NCBI GenBank assembly: GCA_022565155.1
Contig: JADFKB010000001.1
Coordinates: forward strand, 17,170 to 81,169
Length of the DNA stretch: 64,000 bases
Source of the DNA: Chloroflexota bacterium
Lineage (GTDB): Bacteria; Chloroflexota; Dehalococcoidia; DSTF01; RBG-16-68-14
Direction of reading: 5' to 3'
Positions 39,218 to 53,697 of this stretch are shown piece by piece (within the stretch, counting starts at the first letter, position 1; each line of letters starts with the position of its first letter). The notes beneath the pieces were generated by a model. The model was not told the DNA's origin and ran no database searches. It saw nothing but the letters and a program-made list of their open reading frames with translations. The position numbers and the translations under genes are program-made.

Positions 39218-39544
39218 CTACCATTTCAGGTCGCTCACCTCGTCGACGTTGGCCGTACCGCGGTTGCGATAGACGCGCAGGATGATGGCGAGCGCCAGCC
39301 CCACTTCGGCGGCGGCGACGGTGATGATGAAGATGGCGAAGATCATGCCGGTGAACAGCTCCGGCGAGGCGTAGGCTGCGAACGCGACCATGTTGATGCT
39401 GGCGGCGTTCAGCATCAGCTCGACCGACATCAGAATCAGCACCGCGTTGCGCCGCGTCAGGACGCCGTAGATGCCCAGCGAGAAGAGGATGGCGCTGAGC
39501 GCGAGAAAGTGCTCGAGCGGGATCTGCTGCGTTACCGCTTCCAC
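39218..39544 (-). CDS. nuoK: NADH-quinone oxidoreductase subunit K
   Basis: About 100 aa, 3-TM (HFLALSAILFSLGIYGVLTRRN...); GTG start at 39544 with a GGAGGGAG RBS; the longer annotated ORF has a junk N-terminus. Confidence 0.85.
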   Translation of the reverse strand: MEAVTQQIPLEHFLALSAILFSLGIYGVLTRRNAVLILMSVELMLNAASINMVAFAAYASPELFTGMIFAIFIITVAAAEVGLALAIILRVYRNRGTANVDEVSDLKW

Positions 39545-39546
39545 GC

Positions 39547-40047
39547 CTACTCTCCCTCCTCTTCGCGCGCGATCACGATCGCGCCCACCAGCGCGACGAA
39601 CAACACCAGCGATGCGATCTCGAACGGGACGGCCCACTGGGTAAAGAGCGCCGCGCCCAGGTCCTCGAAGAGAATGCGGGTGATCGTGCCGTCGGCGTCG
39701 CCCGGCCAGTCGCTCGTCGTCACCGTCACGATCAGCAACCCGCCAAGCAGCATCGAAACGACGACGGCCAGCGGCCACTGGGCGCCGGTCATCGATTCCG
39801 CCACGTCGGTGGTACGGGTGAGCATCAGCGCAAAGAGCAGCAGGACGGTGATGGCGCCGGCGTAGATCAGCACCTGCACCAGCGCCAGGAACTCCGACCC
39901 TAACAGGATGTAGACGCCGGCGACGGCGAGCAGCGCCAGGATCAGGAAGAGCGCCGCGTAGACGGCGTTCCTCGCCAGCACGACGCCCAGCGCGCCCCCG
40001 ACGGCGAGCGCGGCGATCAGGTAGAAGATGATTTGCGCTACGGTCAT
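39547..40047 (-). CDS. nuoJ: NADH-quinone oxidoreductase subunit J
   Basis: 166 aa, 5-TM. Confidence 0.85.
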   Translation of the reverse strand: MTVAQIIFYLIAALAVGGALGVVLARNAVYAALFLILALLAVAGVYILLGSEFLALVQVLIYAGAITVLLLFALMLTRTTDVAESMTGAQWPLAVVVSMLLGGLLIVTVTTSDWPGDADGTITRILFEDLGAALFTQWAVPFEIASLVLFVALVGAIVIAREEEGE

Positions 40048-40090
40048 GCAGGCAGCTCGATAGCATCCATGCTTGAGGCCCCGCGGGCGG

Positions 40091-40555
40091 TCAATCCGCT
40101 ACCCACTCGTCGATCTTCTCCTGCTTGTGCTGCGCCAGCAGTTGGTCCAGATCGAGCACGAGGTCGTTGCGGTCGAATGTAGACAGCTCGTGTCCGGCCC
40201 AGGTGTTGTTCATCGCGATCGCCTCGAAGTTGCAGACCTCGACGCAGATGTTACAGCGCATGCAGCGCCCGTAATCGATCCAGAACTCGTCGATGATCTT
40301 GCGGCGCGTGCTCTTTTCGTCGGCGTGCAGCGGGTTGTCTTTCATCGTCACGGTCATGCACTCGACGGGACAGGCGCGCTCGCAGGCGTGACAGCCAGTG
40401 CAGAACGGCTCGTCGACTTCCTTATCCCAGAGCAGGATCGGCAAGCCGCGGTCGCGCTGCGGCACCTCCCGGTGGTATGACGGGTAGTTTATCGTCACCG
40501 GCTTGCGCAGCATCGCGCTCATGGTGATGTACATGCTCTTCAGTATGCCTCGCAT
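40091..40555 (-). CDS. nuoI: NADH-quinone oxidoreductase subunit I
   Basis: Two 4Fe-4S ferredoxin motifs (CTGCHACERACP, CMRCNICVEVCN). Confidence 0.9.
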   Translation of the reverse strand: MRGILKSMYITMSAMLRKPVTINYPSYHREVPQRDRGLPILLWDKEVDEPFCTGCHACERACPVECMTVTMKDNPLHADEKSTRRKIIDEFWIDYGRCMRCNICVEVCNFEAIAMNNTWAGHELSTFDRNDLVLDLDQLLAQHKQEKIDEWVAD

Positions 40556-40577
40556 GGAGCACCTCGAATCGTTACTA

Positions 40578-41729
40578 TCACGTGCCTCCGGACTCCGCGC
40601 CGGCCGGCGCTGGCTTCGCCCTGCGGCCCGCCGGCACCAGCCGCAAGGTTCTCGGCTCGACGCGCACGGCGCGATCGATGACGTAGCCGGCCAGCAGCAA
40701 CCCCGCGCCCGAAGTGATCAGCAACATGATGTCCGGCCAATCGTACACGAGCACCAGGCCGTTGAGGAAGATCTGAAGGAACGCCAGTGGAATCAGCACC
40801 TTCCAGCAGTAGCTCATCAGCTGGTCGATACGGAGGCGCGGCATCGCGAAGCGGATCCACATGAAGAGCAGGATCAGGAAGCCGGTCTTGGCGACGATCA
40901 GGACGAGCTGCCACCACAACCCCAGCTCACGGCCCAGTGGCCAGTCCCAACCGCCCAGAAACACTAATGCCCCCAGCATGCTGTAGACGATCAGGCCGGT
41001 GTACGAGGCGAGGAAGAACATCGACCAGCGGATGCCGCTGTACTCGATGAACGGCCCGCCGACGACCTCCGACTCAGCGGTGGGAATATCGAACGGCTGG
41101 CGCTCCAGCTCCGCCAGTGCGGCGACAAAGAAGATGAAGAAGGCGAGCGGCTGCCAGACGAAGAGCGGCACGCGGCCCTGGTAGATGACGATCTCGCTCA
41201 GGCTGAGCGAGCCGACGATCATCGACACGGCGATCAGCGACAGCACCAGGGGAACCTCGTAGCTGATCAGTTGCGCCGCAGCCCGCAGGCCGCCGAGCAG
41301 CGCATACTTGTTGTCCGAGGCCCAACCCGCCATCAGGAAGCCGACGAACGAAAGCCCCGTGACCGCGACGACGAAGAACACGCCCAGGTCCAGGAAGCTG
41401 ACCGCCCAATCGCGGGTGAACGGGAGGGCGACGAGCGCCACGAACACCGGCACGAAGACGGCGAACGGGGCGAGCTCGAAGATCCAGCGGTCGGCGTTGC
41501 GCGGCCGTATGTCCTCCTTGCCGATCAGCTTGACGGCGTCGGCCAGCGTCTGCAGCAGGCCGTAGGGGCCGACGTGCATCGGCCCCAGGCGCATCTGGAT
41601 GCGCGCCGAAACCTTACGCTCCAGCCAGATCAGGGCGAGCGTGCCCACCGTCATCAGCCCGACGATCGCTAACACACCGAGCAGCGCATCCAGCCAGATG
41701 TTTCCCACGTCGTAAGTCAGCGTCAGCAT
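40578..41729 (-). CDS. nuoH: NADH-quinone oxidoreductase subunit H
   Basis: WLERKVSARIQMRLGP signature; ATG at 41729 preferred over the extended ORF. Confidence 0.85.
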   Translation of the reverse strand: MLTLTYDVGNIWLDALLGVLAIVGLMTVGTLALIWLERKVSARIQMRLGPMHVGPYGLLQTLADAVKLIGKEDIRPRNADRWIFELAPFAVFVPVFVALVALPFTRDWAVSFLDLGVFFVVAVTGLSFVGFLMAGWASDNKYALLGGLRAAAQLISYEVPLVLSLIAVSMIVGSLSLSEIVIYQGRVPLFVWQPLAFFIFFVAALAELERQPFDIPTAESEVVGGPFIEYSGIRWSMFFLASYTGLIVYSMLGALVFLGGWDWPLGRELGLWWQLVLIVAKTGFLILLFMWIRFAMPRLRIDQLMSYCWKVLIPLAFLQIFLNGLVLVYDWPDIMLLITSGAGLLLAGYVIDRAVRVEPRTLRLVPAGRRAKPAPAGAESGGT

Positions 41730-41742
41730 GCTTGCACCATCA

Positions 41743-42861
41743 TCACCTATCGACGCAGCAGAGAACGATGTCGATAGAGCCAAGAATAGCGACGGCGTCC
41801 GCGACGTAGTTGCCAACGGTCATCTCGCGCAGCGCGGAGAGGTTGCAGAAGGAGGGCGAGCGCATTTTCAGCCGGTAGGGCTTGTCCCCGCCCTTCGAGA
41901 CGAGGTAGATGCCGTACTCGCCGCGCGCGCCCTCGACGGCAGCGTAGACCTCGCCCTCCGGGCCGCGTAGCCTGCGCGGCATCTTCTCCGGCATGATCGG
42001 CCCGTCCGGAAGCTGATCGAGCGCCTGCTCAACGATGCGAATCGACTGGCGCACCTCTTCAATCCGCACCAGGTAGCGGTCGAAGACGTCACCGTGGCGG
42101 CCGACGGGCACGTCGTACTCGAAGCGGTCGTAGATGGAGTAAGGCTTGTCCTTGCGCAGATCCCACGGAACGCCGGCCGCGCGCAGCATCGGGCCGGAGA
42201 GACCCCAATTGATCGCGTCTTCGGCGCTCATGATGCCGATGCCGCGCGAGCGGGCGGCAACAATCTCGTTCTCGGTCATCAGCATATCGATGTCGCGGAG
42301 GCCCTGGAGCGATTTCGGCAGCACCTCTCGTACGCGCTGGACGAAGTTGTCCGGCACGTCCCAGACCAGGCCACCCGGCCGGAAGTAGCCGTACATCATC
42401 CGCTCGCCGGTCGTCTCCTCAAAGATGTCCTGAATGTGCTCGCGCTCGCGGAAGCCGTAAGTGAATGAGGTGCCAAAGTGGCCGAGATCGATGCCGAACG
42501 CGCCCAGGAACATAAAGTGGCTGCTGATCCGGTTCAGCTCGCAGAGGATGACGCGGATGTACTCCGCCCGCTCCGGCACCTCCAGCTCCAGCAGCTTCTC
42601 GACGGCCATGCAGTAGGCCTGCTCGTTCATGAACTGGGTCAGGTAGTCCGTCCGGTCCTGGTAGCCGATGGCCGCGCGGTAGTCCATCGTCTCGGAGAGC
42701 TTCTCGGCGCCGCGATGCATGTAGCCGATATGCGGCTCAACGTCGATCACGCGCTCGCCGTCGATGGTGAGCACCATTCGGAAGACGCCGTGGGTGCTGG
42801 GGTGCTGCGGTCCCATGTTGACGTTGATGTCGACGGTGTCTATCTGCTGCTCTTGTACCAT
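41743..42861 (-). CDS. nuoD: NADH-quinone oxidoreductase subunit D
   Basis: 49-kDa subunit motifs (GPQHPSTHGV, RIEEVRQS). Confidence 0.9.
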   Translation of the reverse strand: MVQEQQIDTVDINVNMGPQHPSTHGVFRMVLTIDGERVIDVEPHIGYMHRGAEKLSETMDYRAAIGYQDRTDYLTQFMNEQAYCMAVEKLLELEVPERAEYIRVILCELNRISSHFMFLGAFGIDLGHFGTSFTYGFREREHIQDIFEETTGERMMYGYFRPGGLVWDVPDNFVQRVREVLPKSLQGLRDIDMLMTENEIVAARSRGIGIMSAEDAINWGLSGPMLRAAGVPWDLRKDKPYSIYDRFEYDVPVGRHGDVFDRYLVRIEEVRQSIRIVEQALDQLPDGPIMPEKMPRRLRGPEGEVYAAVEGARGEYGIYLVSKGGDKPYRLKMRSPSFCNLSALREMTVGNYVADAVAILGSIDIVLCCVDR

Positions 42862-42865
42862 TGCG

Positions 42866-43342
42866 CTAGAACCCAAACAGGATATTGCAGTCAGCTAGCT
42901 TCCACCCGTCGTCTTCCTTAACGAGCGCTGCGAACTCGTCGGCCTCGCTGCTGAGCGAGCCTTCATCGTCATCGAAGCGATACGTTCCCACCGGCATCGC
43001 CTCCGCCGTAGTCTCCGTCAGGTCGCGGATTTCGACGCCGGTCACGTCGAACTCGACATCTCCGGTTAGCCGCGACTCAAACGAAACGATCGCCCGAAGT
43101 GCTGTGCGTTGCCGATCCTCGCACCTCTCGGAGAGCAGGCCTGCCAGCGCATCTTCGTCGCCATCCTCAAACGCAGCAAAGAAGTCCCGAAACGTGTTCT
43201 CGATTGCGTGCTCGTCGCTTCCGCCGCCGCTACAGGCAACGAGGGCGAGGCCGAGCATCGGGACAACAGCCGCGCGCAGGAGCGGCGTCACCTGGTCATG
43301 CTCCCGCCGGCGCCCTCTTCGGGCAACTGGTCGCCTTGCCAC
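42866..43342 (-). CDS. Hypothetical lipoprotein embedded between nuoC and nuoD
   Basis: Lipobox LALVACSGG; acidic protein of about 130 aa with no recognisable catalytic motif; the annotated start overlaps the nuoC 3' end, so the true start is probably internal. Confidence 0.45.
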   Translation of the reverse strand: MARRPVARRGRRREHDQVTPLLRAAVVPMLGLALVACSGGGSDEHAIENTFRDFFAAFEDGDEDALAGLLSERCEDRQRTALRAIVSFESRLTGDVEFDVTGVEIRDLTETTAEAMPVGTYRFDDDEGSLSSEADEFAALVKEDDGWKLADCNILFGF

Positions 43343-43953
43343 TCCTCGATCTCGGCCAGGGGGTTGTCCTTACGCAGCGGATAGTGGTCGGTCATATCTT
43401 CGGGAAGCAGCAGCGGGACCAGATGCGGATGGCCATCGAACGTGATGCCGAACATGTCCCGCGTCTCTCGCTCGTGCCAGTCCGCGGCGCGCCAGATCGC
43501 CGCGACGGAGGCCACCTTCGCGTCGTCCGTGCCGAGGCGCGTCTTGATCACGACTTCGTGCTTCTTCTCCAGCGAGAGCAGATGGTAGACGACTTCCAGC
43601 CCTTCGTCCTGGTGATCGACGCCGCAGAGGTAGCGCAGGAAGCTAAGGTCCAGCCGCGGATCTTCCTTGGCCACCTTCATCACCTGCGATACGTCGTCTC
43701 GAGCGATCTCGACGATGACGTCGGTCATGCCCTGATAGGCCGTCATCTCGACATCGGGCAGCGCTTCGGCCAGCAGATCGGCGATGCCGCCCGGAGGAGG
43801 CGCCGGCCGCGCGGGATCTTCATCCTCTGGCGGCTTGGCGTCATTCTCTGGCTTCGCCTCGGCCTCCAGCTTCGCTTCGGCCGCCCGCTTGGCGGATGCG
43901 GACGCGTCGCCCGCGCCCTCCGGTTCGCCCTGCGTCTCGTCGTCGGGAACCAT
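43288..43953 (-). CDS. nuoC: NADH-quinone oxidoreductase subunit C
   Basis: 30-kDa subunit core (LRYLCGVDH, ERETRDMFGI) with an Ala/Glu/Lys/Pro-rich N-terminal extension. Confidence 0.85.
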   Translation of the reverse strand: MVPDDETQGEPEGAGDASASAKRAAEAKLEAEAKPENDAKPPEDEDPARPAPPPGGIADLLAEALPDVEMTAYQGMTDVIVEIARDDVSQVMKVAKEDPRLDLSFLRYLCGVDHQDEGLEVVYHLLSLEKKHEVVIKTRLGTDDAKVASVAAIWRAADWHERETRDMFGITFDGHPHLVPLLLPEDMTDHYPLRKDNPLAEIEEWQGDQLPEEGAGGSMTR

Positions 43954-44579
43954 TAGCCCTTGCCGCGCTCCTCCATGATCTTATGCTGCAGCGCGATGAA
44001 GCCGTCTATCAGCGCCTCCGGCCTGGGCGGGCAGCCCGGCACGTAGACGTCGACAGGGATGATCTTGTCCACGCCCTGCAAGACGCGATCGTAGCGCGTA
44101 TAGGGCCCGCCGTTGGTGGCGCAGGCGCCCATGGAGATCACCCACTTCGGGTTCGGCATCTGCTCGTAGAGCAGCTTGACCGCAGGCGCCATCTTCTTCG
44201 TGACGGTGCCCGCGATGATCATCACGTCCGACTGCCGGGGCGACGCTTGCGGGAAGATACCAAAGCGGTCGAGATCGTAGTGCGACATGTACGTCGCGAT
44301 CATCTCGATCGCGCAGCAGGCGAGGCCGAACTGCATCGGCCAGAGCGACGACTTGCGCGCCAGCGCCAGCGCCGCGTCCGCCGGGATCTGCAGGATGCCG
44401 GGCAGCGCCTCTCGATAGACGGCCTTGCCGTGATCGACTTCTACGGGCGTCAGCAGCAACTGCTCGCGCTCCCGGCCGGTCTCCGGCCGTTCGGACGGCG
44501 GCACGACGGCGGGAGGCGCATCTTCGACAGGGGTCTGGGCTGGCGCCGCCTCTTCGGTTACTTCCCCGCTCACTTCCAT
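43953..44579 (-). CDS. nuoB: NADH-quinone oxidoreductase subunit B
   Basis: [31 protein letters not shown] Fe-S motifs; N-terminal extension; start uncertain. Confidence 0.85.
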   Translation of the reverse strand: MEVSGEVTEEAAPAQTPVEDAPPAVVPPSERPETGREREQLLLTPVEVDHGKAVYREALPGILQIPADAALALARKSSLWPMQFGLACCAIEMIATYMSHYDLDRFGIFPQASPRQSDVMIIAGTVTKKMAPAVKLLYEQMPNPKWVISMGACATNGGPYTRYDRVLQGVDKIIPVDVYVPGCPPRPEALIDGFIALQHKIMEERGKG

Positions 44580-44938
44580 TGGAGCACCCCCTTCTTCCAG
44601 GCGTAGGCGAGTCCGGCGCCTAGAACGACGATGAAGATTACCATCTCATAGAACGCGGCCTTACCCACGTCCAGAAACGTCACTGCCCACGGGAATAGGA
44701 AGACGGCTTCAACATCGAAGATCAGGAACAGAATGGCGAAGAGGTAGTAGCGAATGTGGATCTGGCTACGCGCCGGCCCGGCCGCTGGCAGCATGCCGCA
44801 CTCGTAGGAGATCCTCTTCTGCTTCGAGGTCGAGTAAGGGGCAAGGAGGCGGGAGGTGATGAGCGCGCTAGCAACGAGGATGGAGCCGATGACAGACGCC
44901 AGCAGGACAGCGACGTAGTTGTCCAGCAGCGCTTGCAA
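44570..44938 (-). CDS. nuoA: NADH-quinone oxidoreductase subunit A
   Basis: 122 aa, 3-TM, YECG motif. Confidence 0.85.
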   Translation of the reverse strand: MQALLDNYVAVLLASVIGSILVASALITSRLLAPYSTSKQKRISYECGMLPAAGPARSQIHIRYYLFAILFLIFDVEAVFLFPWAVTFLDVGKAAFYEMVIFIVVLGAGLAYAWKKGVLQWK

Positions 44939-45038
44939 GGTTACCCCCTCCGTGTCGTGCCTCGACCGATTGTGGCAGTATTCACGAGGCTGAGTTTATC
45001 GTAGCAAGGGGTTGCGGCAGCGTCAATTTGCTACAGAT

Positions 45039-47816
<2,778 letters not shown>

Positions 47817-47941
47817 CAGTGCACCTTAGCGAAAACAACGTTCCTGTTCCCCGTTCCGTATCCTGATACAGTTCGACCCCGATTGTTCGGGGCCGCTCAG
47901 CGTTGGGAGCGTTTTGACACGATCGGCGCTATCGCCCCGAA

Positions 47942-48733
47942 TCAACGCGAGTGCGATACTACTTCTCCTTCGACGATGACGCGGTCGTCAATTCTGGGCG
48001 CGGCCAGGTACTGTGCGCGTCTCCGCGACGCGACTTCCAACTCCGACAGTTGGACCAGCGCCTTGCGCGTGTCCGACGCGACGCGGGCCGGATCGCTCTG
48101 GATAACGCGATACTTGAAGAGCCAGTAGGTGAACGCGCGCAGCTCTCCGAACGAGATCTCGACATCGATGGGCGCGTCAAACATCTCGACTTGCTGGCTC
48201 GGCAACTGGTCTGCGCGATACGCCACGAGCAGCTCGTCGCGGCTGCGATTGTAGAGCCGCCTGAAGACCTGCTGATCCAGGCTCTCACCTCTATTCCAGC
48301 CACCGAACGAACGCCAGCGCTTCAACACTTCTTCCTCAGCGGTGAGCTGCAGCGCTTCTTCCACGGCGACACCGTAGAGGAAGTTGAGGTGGGCGCGATG
48401 CTTGCTATCGCCGATCGCCTTCCGGAACTCTTCATCGTCGAGCGGCCGTGGCGGCTTGCCGAAGAAAAGCAGCGCCTCCTTCTCGTCGATCGGGATCGCG
48501 CCGTCGGCGGCGTCGCACAGCCGCTCCGCGAGCAGGAGCCAATCAAACGCCTCACCGCCGATCAGGTACTGGTAGCGGCGGCCGGCCACCTCCTCTTCCG
48601 TCATGTCCCAGTCAGCGATCGCGACCAGCAAGGCGGCGAACCAGTCATTGCTCCCTTTCACTGCCTCACAGAATGCGGTCAGCGCCTCGGGACCTTCAGG
48701 CTTCTTCTTGCGAGTTTTCGTGCGTTGTTGCAT
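47942..48733 (-). CDS. Hypothetical protein translationally coupled to secA
   Basis: 263 aa from the ATG at 48733 (MQQRTKTRKKK...), which lies 10 nt after the secA stop and has an AAGG RBS; no domain I recognise. Confidence 0.5.
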   Translation of the reverse strand: MQQRTKTRKKKPEGPEALTAFCEAVKGSNDWFAALLVAIADWDMTEEEVAGRRYQYLIGGEAFDWLLLAERLCDAADGAIPIDEKEALLFFGKPPRPLDDEEFRKAIGDSKHRAHLNFLYGVAVEEALQLTAEEEVLKRWRSFGGWNRGESLDQQVFRRLYNRSRDELLVAYRADQLPSQQVEMFDAPIDVEISFGELRAFTYWLFKYRVIQSDPARVASDTRKALVQLSELEVASRRRAQYLAAPRIDDRVIVEGEVVSHSR

Positions 48734-48743
48734 AGCGCTTACC

Positions 48744-51416
<2,673 letters not shown>

Positions 51417-51431
51417 CGTTGCATCGCCGTC

Positions 51432-52457
51432 CTAGCTGGCGCCGCTCTCGCCTACGGGCACTCTCTCCGCGGTTAGTTCTCCATCCGAGGGAACATCTAG
51501 CCGGAACAGTTCGCCCACGGAACGGCCGCTGTGGATGCGGCTGATCGCTTCGCCGAGGAGCGGAGCCAACGTCAACTGGGTGAGTTTCGGGATCTGCTTC
51601 TCGGGCGAAATCGGCACGGTATCCGTCACTACCAGCTCCACGATTGAGCTGGCGCGGAAGCGGTCGATTGCGGAGCCGGAGAGCAGCCCGTGCGTACAGG
51701 CGACGTAGATCTCCACCACATCCCGCTCCATCAGCGCGTCTGCTGAGTTAAGAATCGTCGCGCCGGTAAGGATCTCGTCATCCACAATCAACGCTCGCTT
51801 ACCGCTTACCTCGCCAATCACGTTCAGCACCGTGCTCTGCTCGTCGTTGCCAGTCCGGCGCTTCTCGATGACGGCAAGCGGGGCGTTGAGGCTCTGCGCC
51901 ACGTTGCGCGCCCGCTTCGACGATCCAACGTCTGAGGCGACGACGACGAGGTTGTCCAACCGCTTTTCTAGGAAGTATCGGCTGATCATGAAGAGCGCCG
52001 TCAGCTCGTCGACGGGGATGTTGAAGAAGCCCTGGATCTGCCCAGCGTGCAGATCGACAGTCAGCAGTCGATCTGCTCCGGCCGTCTCGATCAGGTTGGC
52101 CATTAGGCGAGCAGTGATCGGCACGCGCGGCTGGTCCTTCTTATCGCTCCGGCCGTAGGCGTAGTACGGCACCACGGCGGTGACGCGCCCGGCCGAGGCC
52201 CGCTTCATCGCATCGATCATGATCAGCAACTCCATGATCCGCGTATGCACCGGCGGGACCATGGGCTGGACGATGAAGACATCGCGTTGGCGTACGTTCT
52301 CTTCAATACGAACGAAGACGTTCTCGTTGCTGAACTCAGAGACCTCACACGCCCCTAGCTGCATCTGCAGGTAGCTACAGATCGAGTGGGCGAGCTCGGG
52401 ATGGGCGTTTCCGCTGAAGATCCGTAGGTCCTGGTACAGGGCTTGTTCCATCCGCAT
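51432..52457 (-). CDS. prs: Ribose-phosphate pyrophosphokinase
   Basis: LRIFSGNAHPELA N-terminus; PRPP-binding motif region VDDEILTGATI; ATG at 52457 after GGAGAGG. Confidence 0.85.
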   Translation of the reverse strand: MRMEQALYQDLRIFSGNAHPELAHSICSYLQMQLGACEVSEFSNENVFVRIEENVRQRDVFIVQPMVPPVHTRIMELLIMIDAMKRASAGRVTAVVPYYAYGRSDKKDQPRVPITARLMANLIETAGADRLLTVDLHAGQIQGFFNIPVDELTALFMISRYFLEKRLDNLVVVASDVGSSKRARNVAQSLNAPLAVIEKRRTGNDEQSTVLNVIGEVSGKRALIVDDEILTGATILNSADALMERDVVEIYVACTHGLLSGSAIDRFRASSIVELVVTDTVPISPEKQIPKLTQLTLAPLLGEAISRIHSGRSVGELFRLDVPSDGELTAERVPVGESGAS

Positions 52458-52615
52458 GCCTCTCCATTTTGAACGCGCTGACGCTGAGATAGCGCACGGG
52501 CCGGGCGAGGACTGCATGTCCTTACAACCGGCCCGCGCCCTCTCACGTCTATCTGGTAGACATCAGAACTATACCATATGGGCGGCCCAGGTTCGAGTCT
52601 GGAGGAGCGATCGGC

Positions 52616-53695
52616 TCAGTTGTAGTAGTCGTACACGGCGAGCGAGAGCTCGGCGATGGGCGTCGCGCCGTCTTCGTAGTAGCCGTAATCAGTGAGGACG
52701 ACGATGATGTAGGTGACGACGGGCGAGAAGACGATGCCGGCATCGTGCGTGGCGTCCTCCCAGTTGCCCGTCTTATGCGCAACCTGTGTGCCGATCGGCA
52801 GGAGAGCCGGCAGCCTGTTCACGATCGATTCGGATATGAGGAGGGCGAGCATCTCTTCGCTCGCGTCGTCACTGACCGCCTGCCGCATAGCAATCGCCTC
52901 CAGCAGCAGCGCCATATCGCCGGCGGTGGTGGGCAGCGATTCGTCGGCGGTGAACCCGGAGTTCTCCAGGCCCAGGCTGCGCAGGGTCAGGTTCGCATTG
53001 CCAGCGCCCACTCGATCGAGGAGGAGGATGGCGGCGACGTTGTCGGATCGTCTCATCGCCCGATCCAGCGCTTCGAGGACCGTCACCTCTTCGCACGCCT
53101 CTAACTCGCCCGGATTGAGCTTGAACTCCTCGTAGTAGCCGGAGACGAGATACCGCTCATCCCAATCGAGCAGGCCTGCCTTCTGCTGATGGTAGGCCTC
53201 CAGCATCACCCACGTCTTGTAGAGGCTGGCGGCGTAGAACTCGCGGCCGGGATCGAGTACGACGCCGCTGCCATCAGCCAGGTTCTTGACGACGACTGCG
53301 AAGTGGTCGATCTGGTCGCCGAGCGACGCCCGCACGAGTGAATCGAGCGCGGGATCGTGGACGAACGGCAGTGGGTCGTATGAGGCAAGCGGCGCCGGCG
53401 AGCCCTCCGGCACGATCCTGATCGGGGCGCCGGGCGTCGGTTCGTAAGGAGCGCCCGCTAGATACGGATCCTGACACGGGGCCTCGGCGAAGGGCGGCGG
53501 CGTCAGCGCCGGCGTGCTCGGCTGCGCCGTGGCGGAGGCGAGCGGAGCGATGGGCGTAGCCGTAGCGGCCAGCGTGGGACTCGCGCTCCGAAGGGTGGTA
53601 TCGCCGTCACCGCCGCCGCACGATGCGAGCAGCAATGCCAGCGCGGGCAGTGCCAAGACTCGAAGGGCGATCGGCGGCGCGGGCAGAGCCGCCAT
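52616..53695 (-). CDS. Class A beta-lactamase-like serine hydrolase lipoprotein
   Basis: Lipobox LLLASCGG; SLYK (SxxK), RSDN (SDN) and HKTGN (KTG) motifs at the expected spacing; ATG at 53695, 3 nt after the cinA stop. Confidence 0.7.
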   Translation of the reverse strand: MAALPAPPIALRVLALPALALLLASCGGGDGDTTLRSASPTLAATATPIAPLASATAQPSTPALTPPPFAEAPCQDPYLAGAPYEPTPGAPIRIVPEGSPAPLASYDPLPFVHDPALDSLVRASLGDQIDHFAVVVKNLADGSGVVLDPGREFYAASLYKTWVMLEAYHQQKAGLLDWDERYLVSGYYEEFKLNPGELEACEEVTVLEALDRAMRRSDNVAAILLLDRVGAGNANLTLRSLGLENSGFTADESLPTTAGDMALLLEAIAMRQAVSDDASEEMLALLISESIVNRLPALLPIGTQVAHKTGNWEDATHDAGIVFSPVVTYIIVVLTDYGYYEDGATPIAELSLAVYDYYN

Positions 53696-53697
53696 GG

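Noticed and set aside
52560-52615. tRNA-like GGTTCGAGTC T-loop motif between prs and the beta-lactamase-like gene
   Set aside because: The flanking bases do not form a T-stem, acceptor stem or anticodon arm, so this is not a tRNA or an obvious tRNA fragment.
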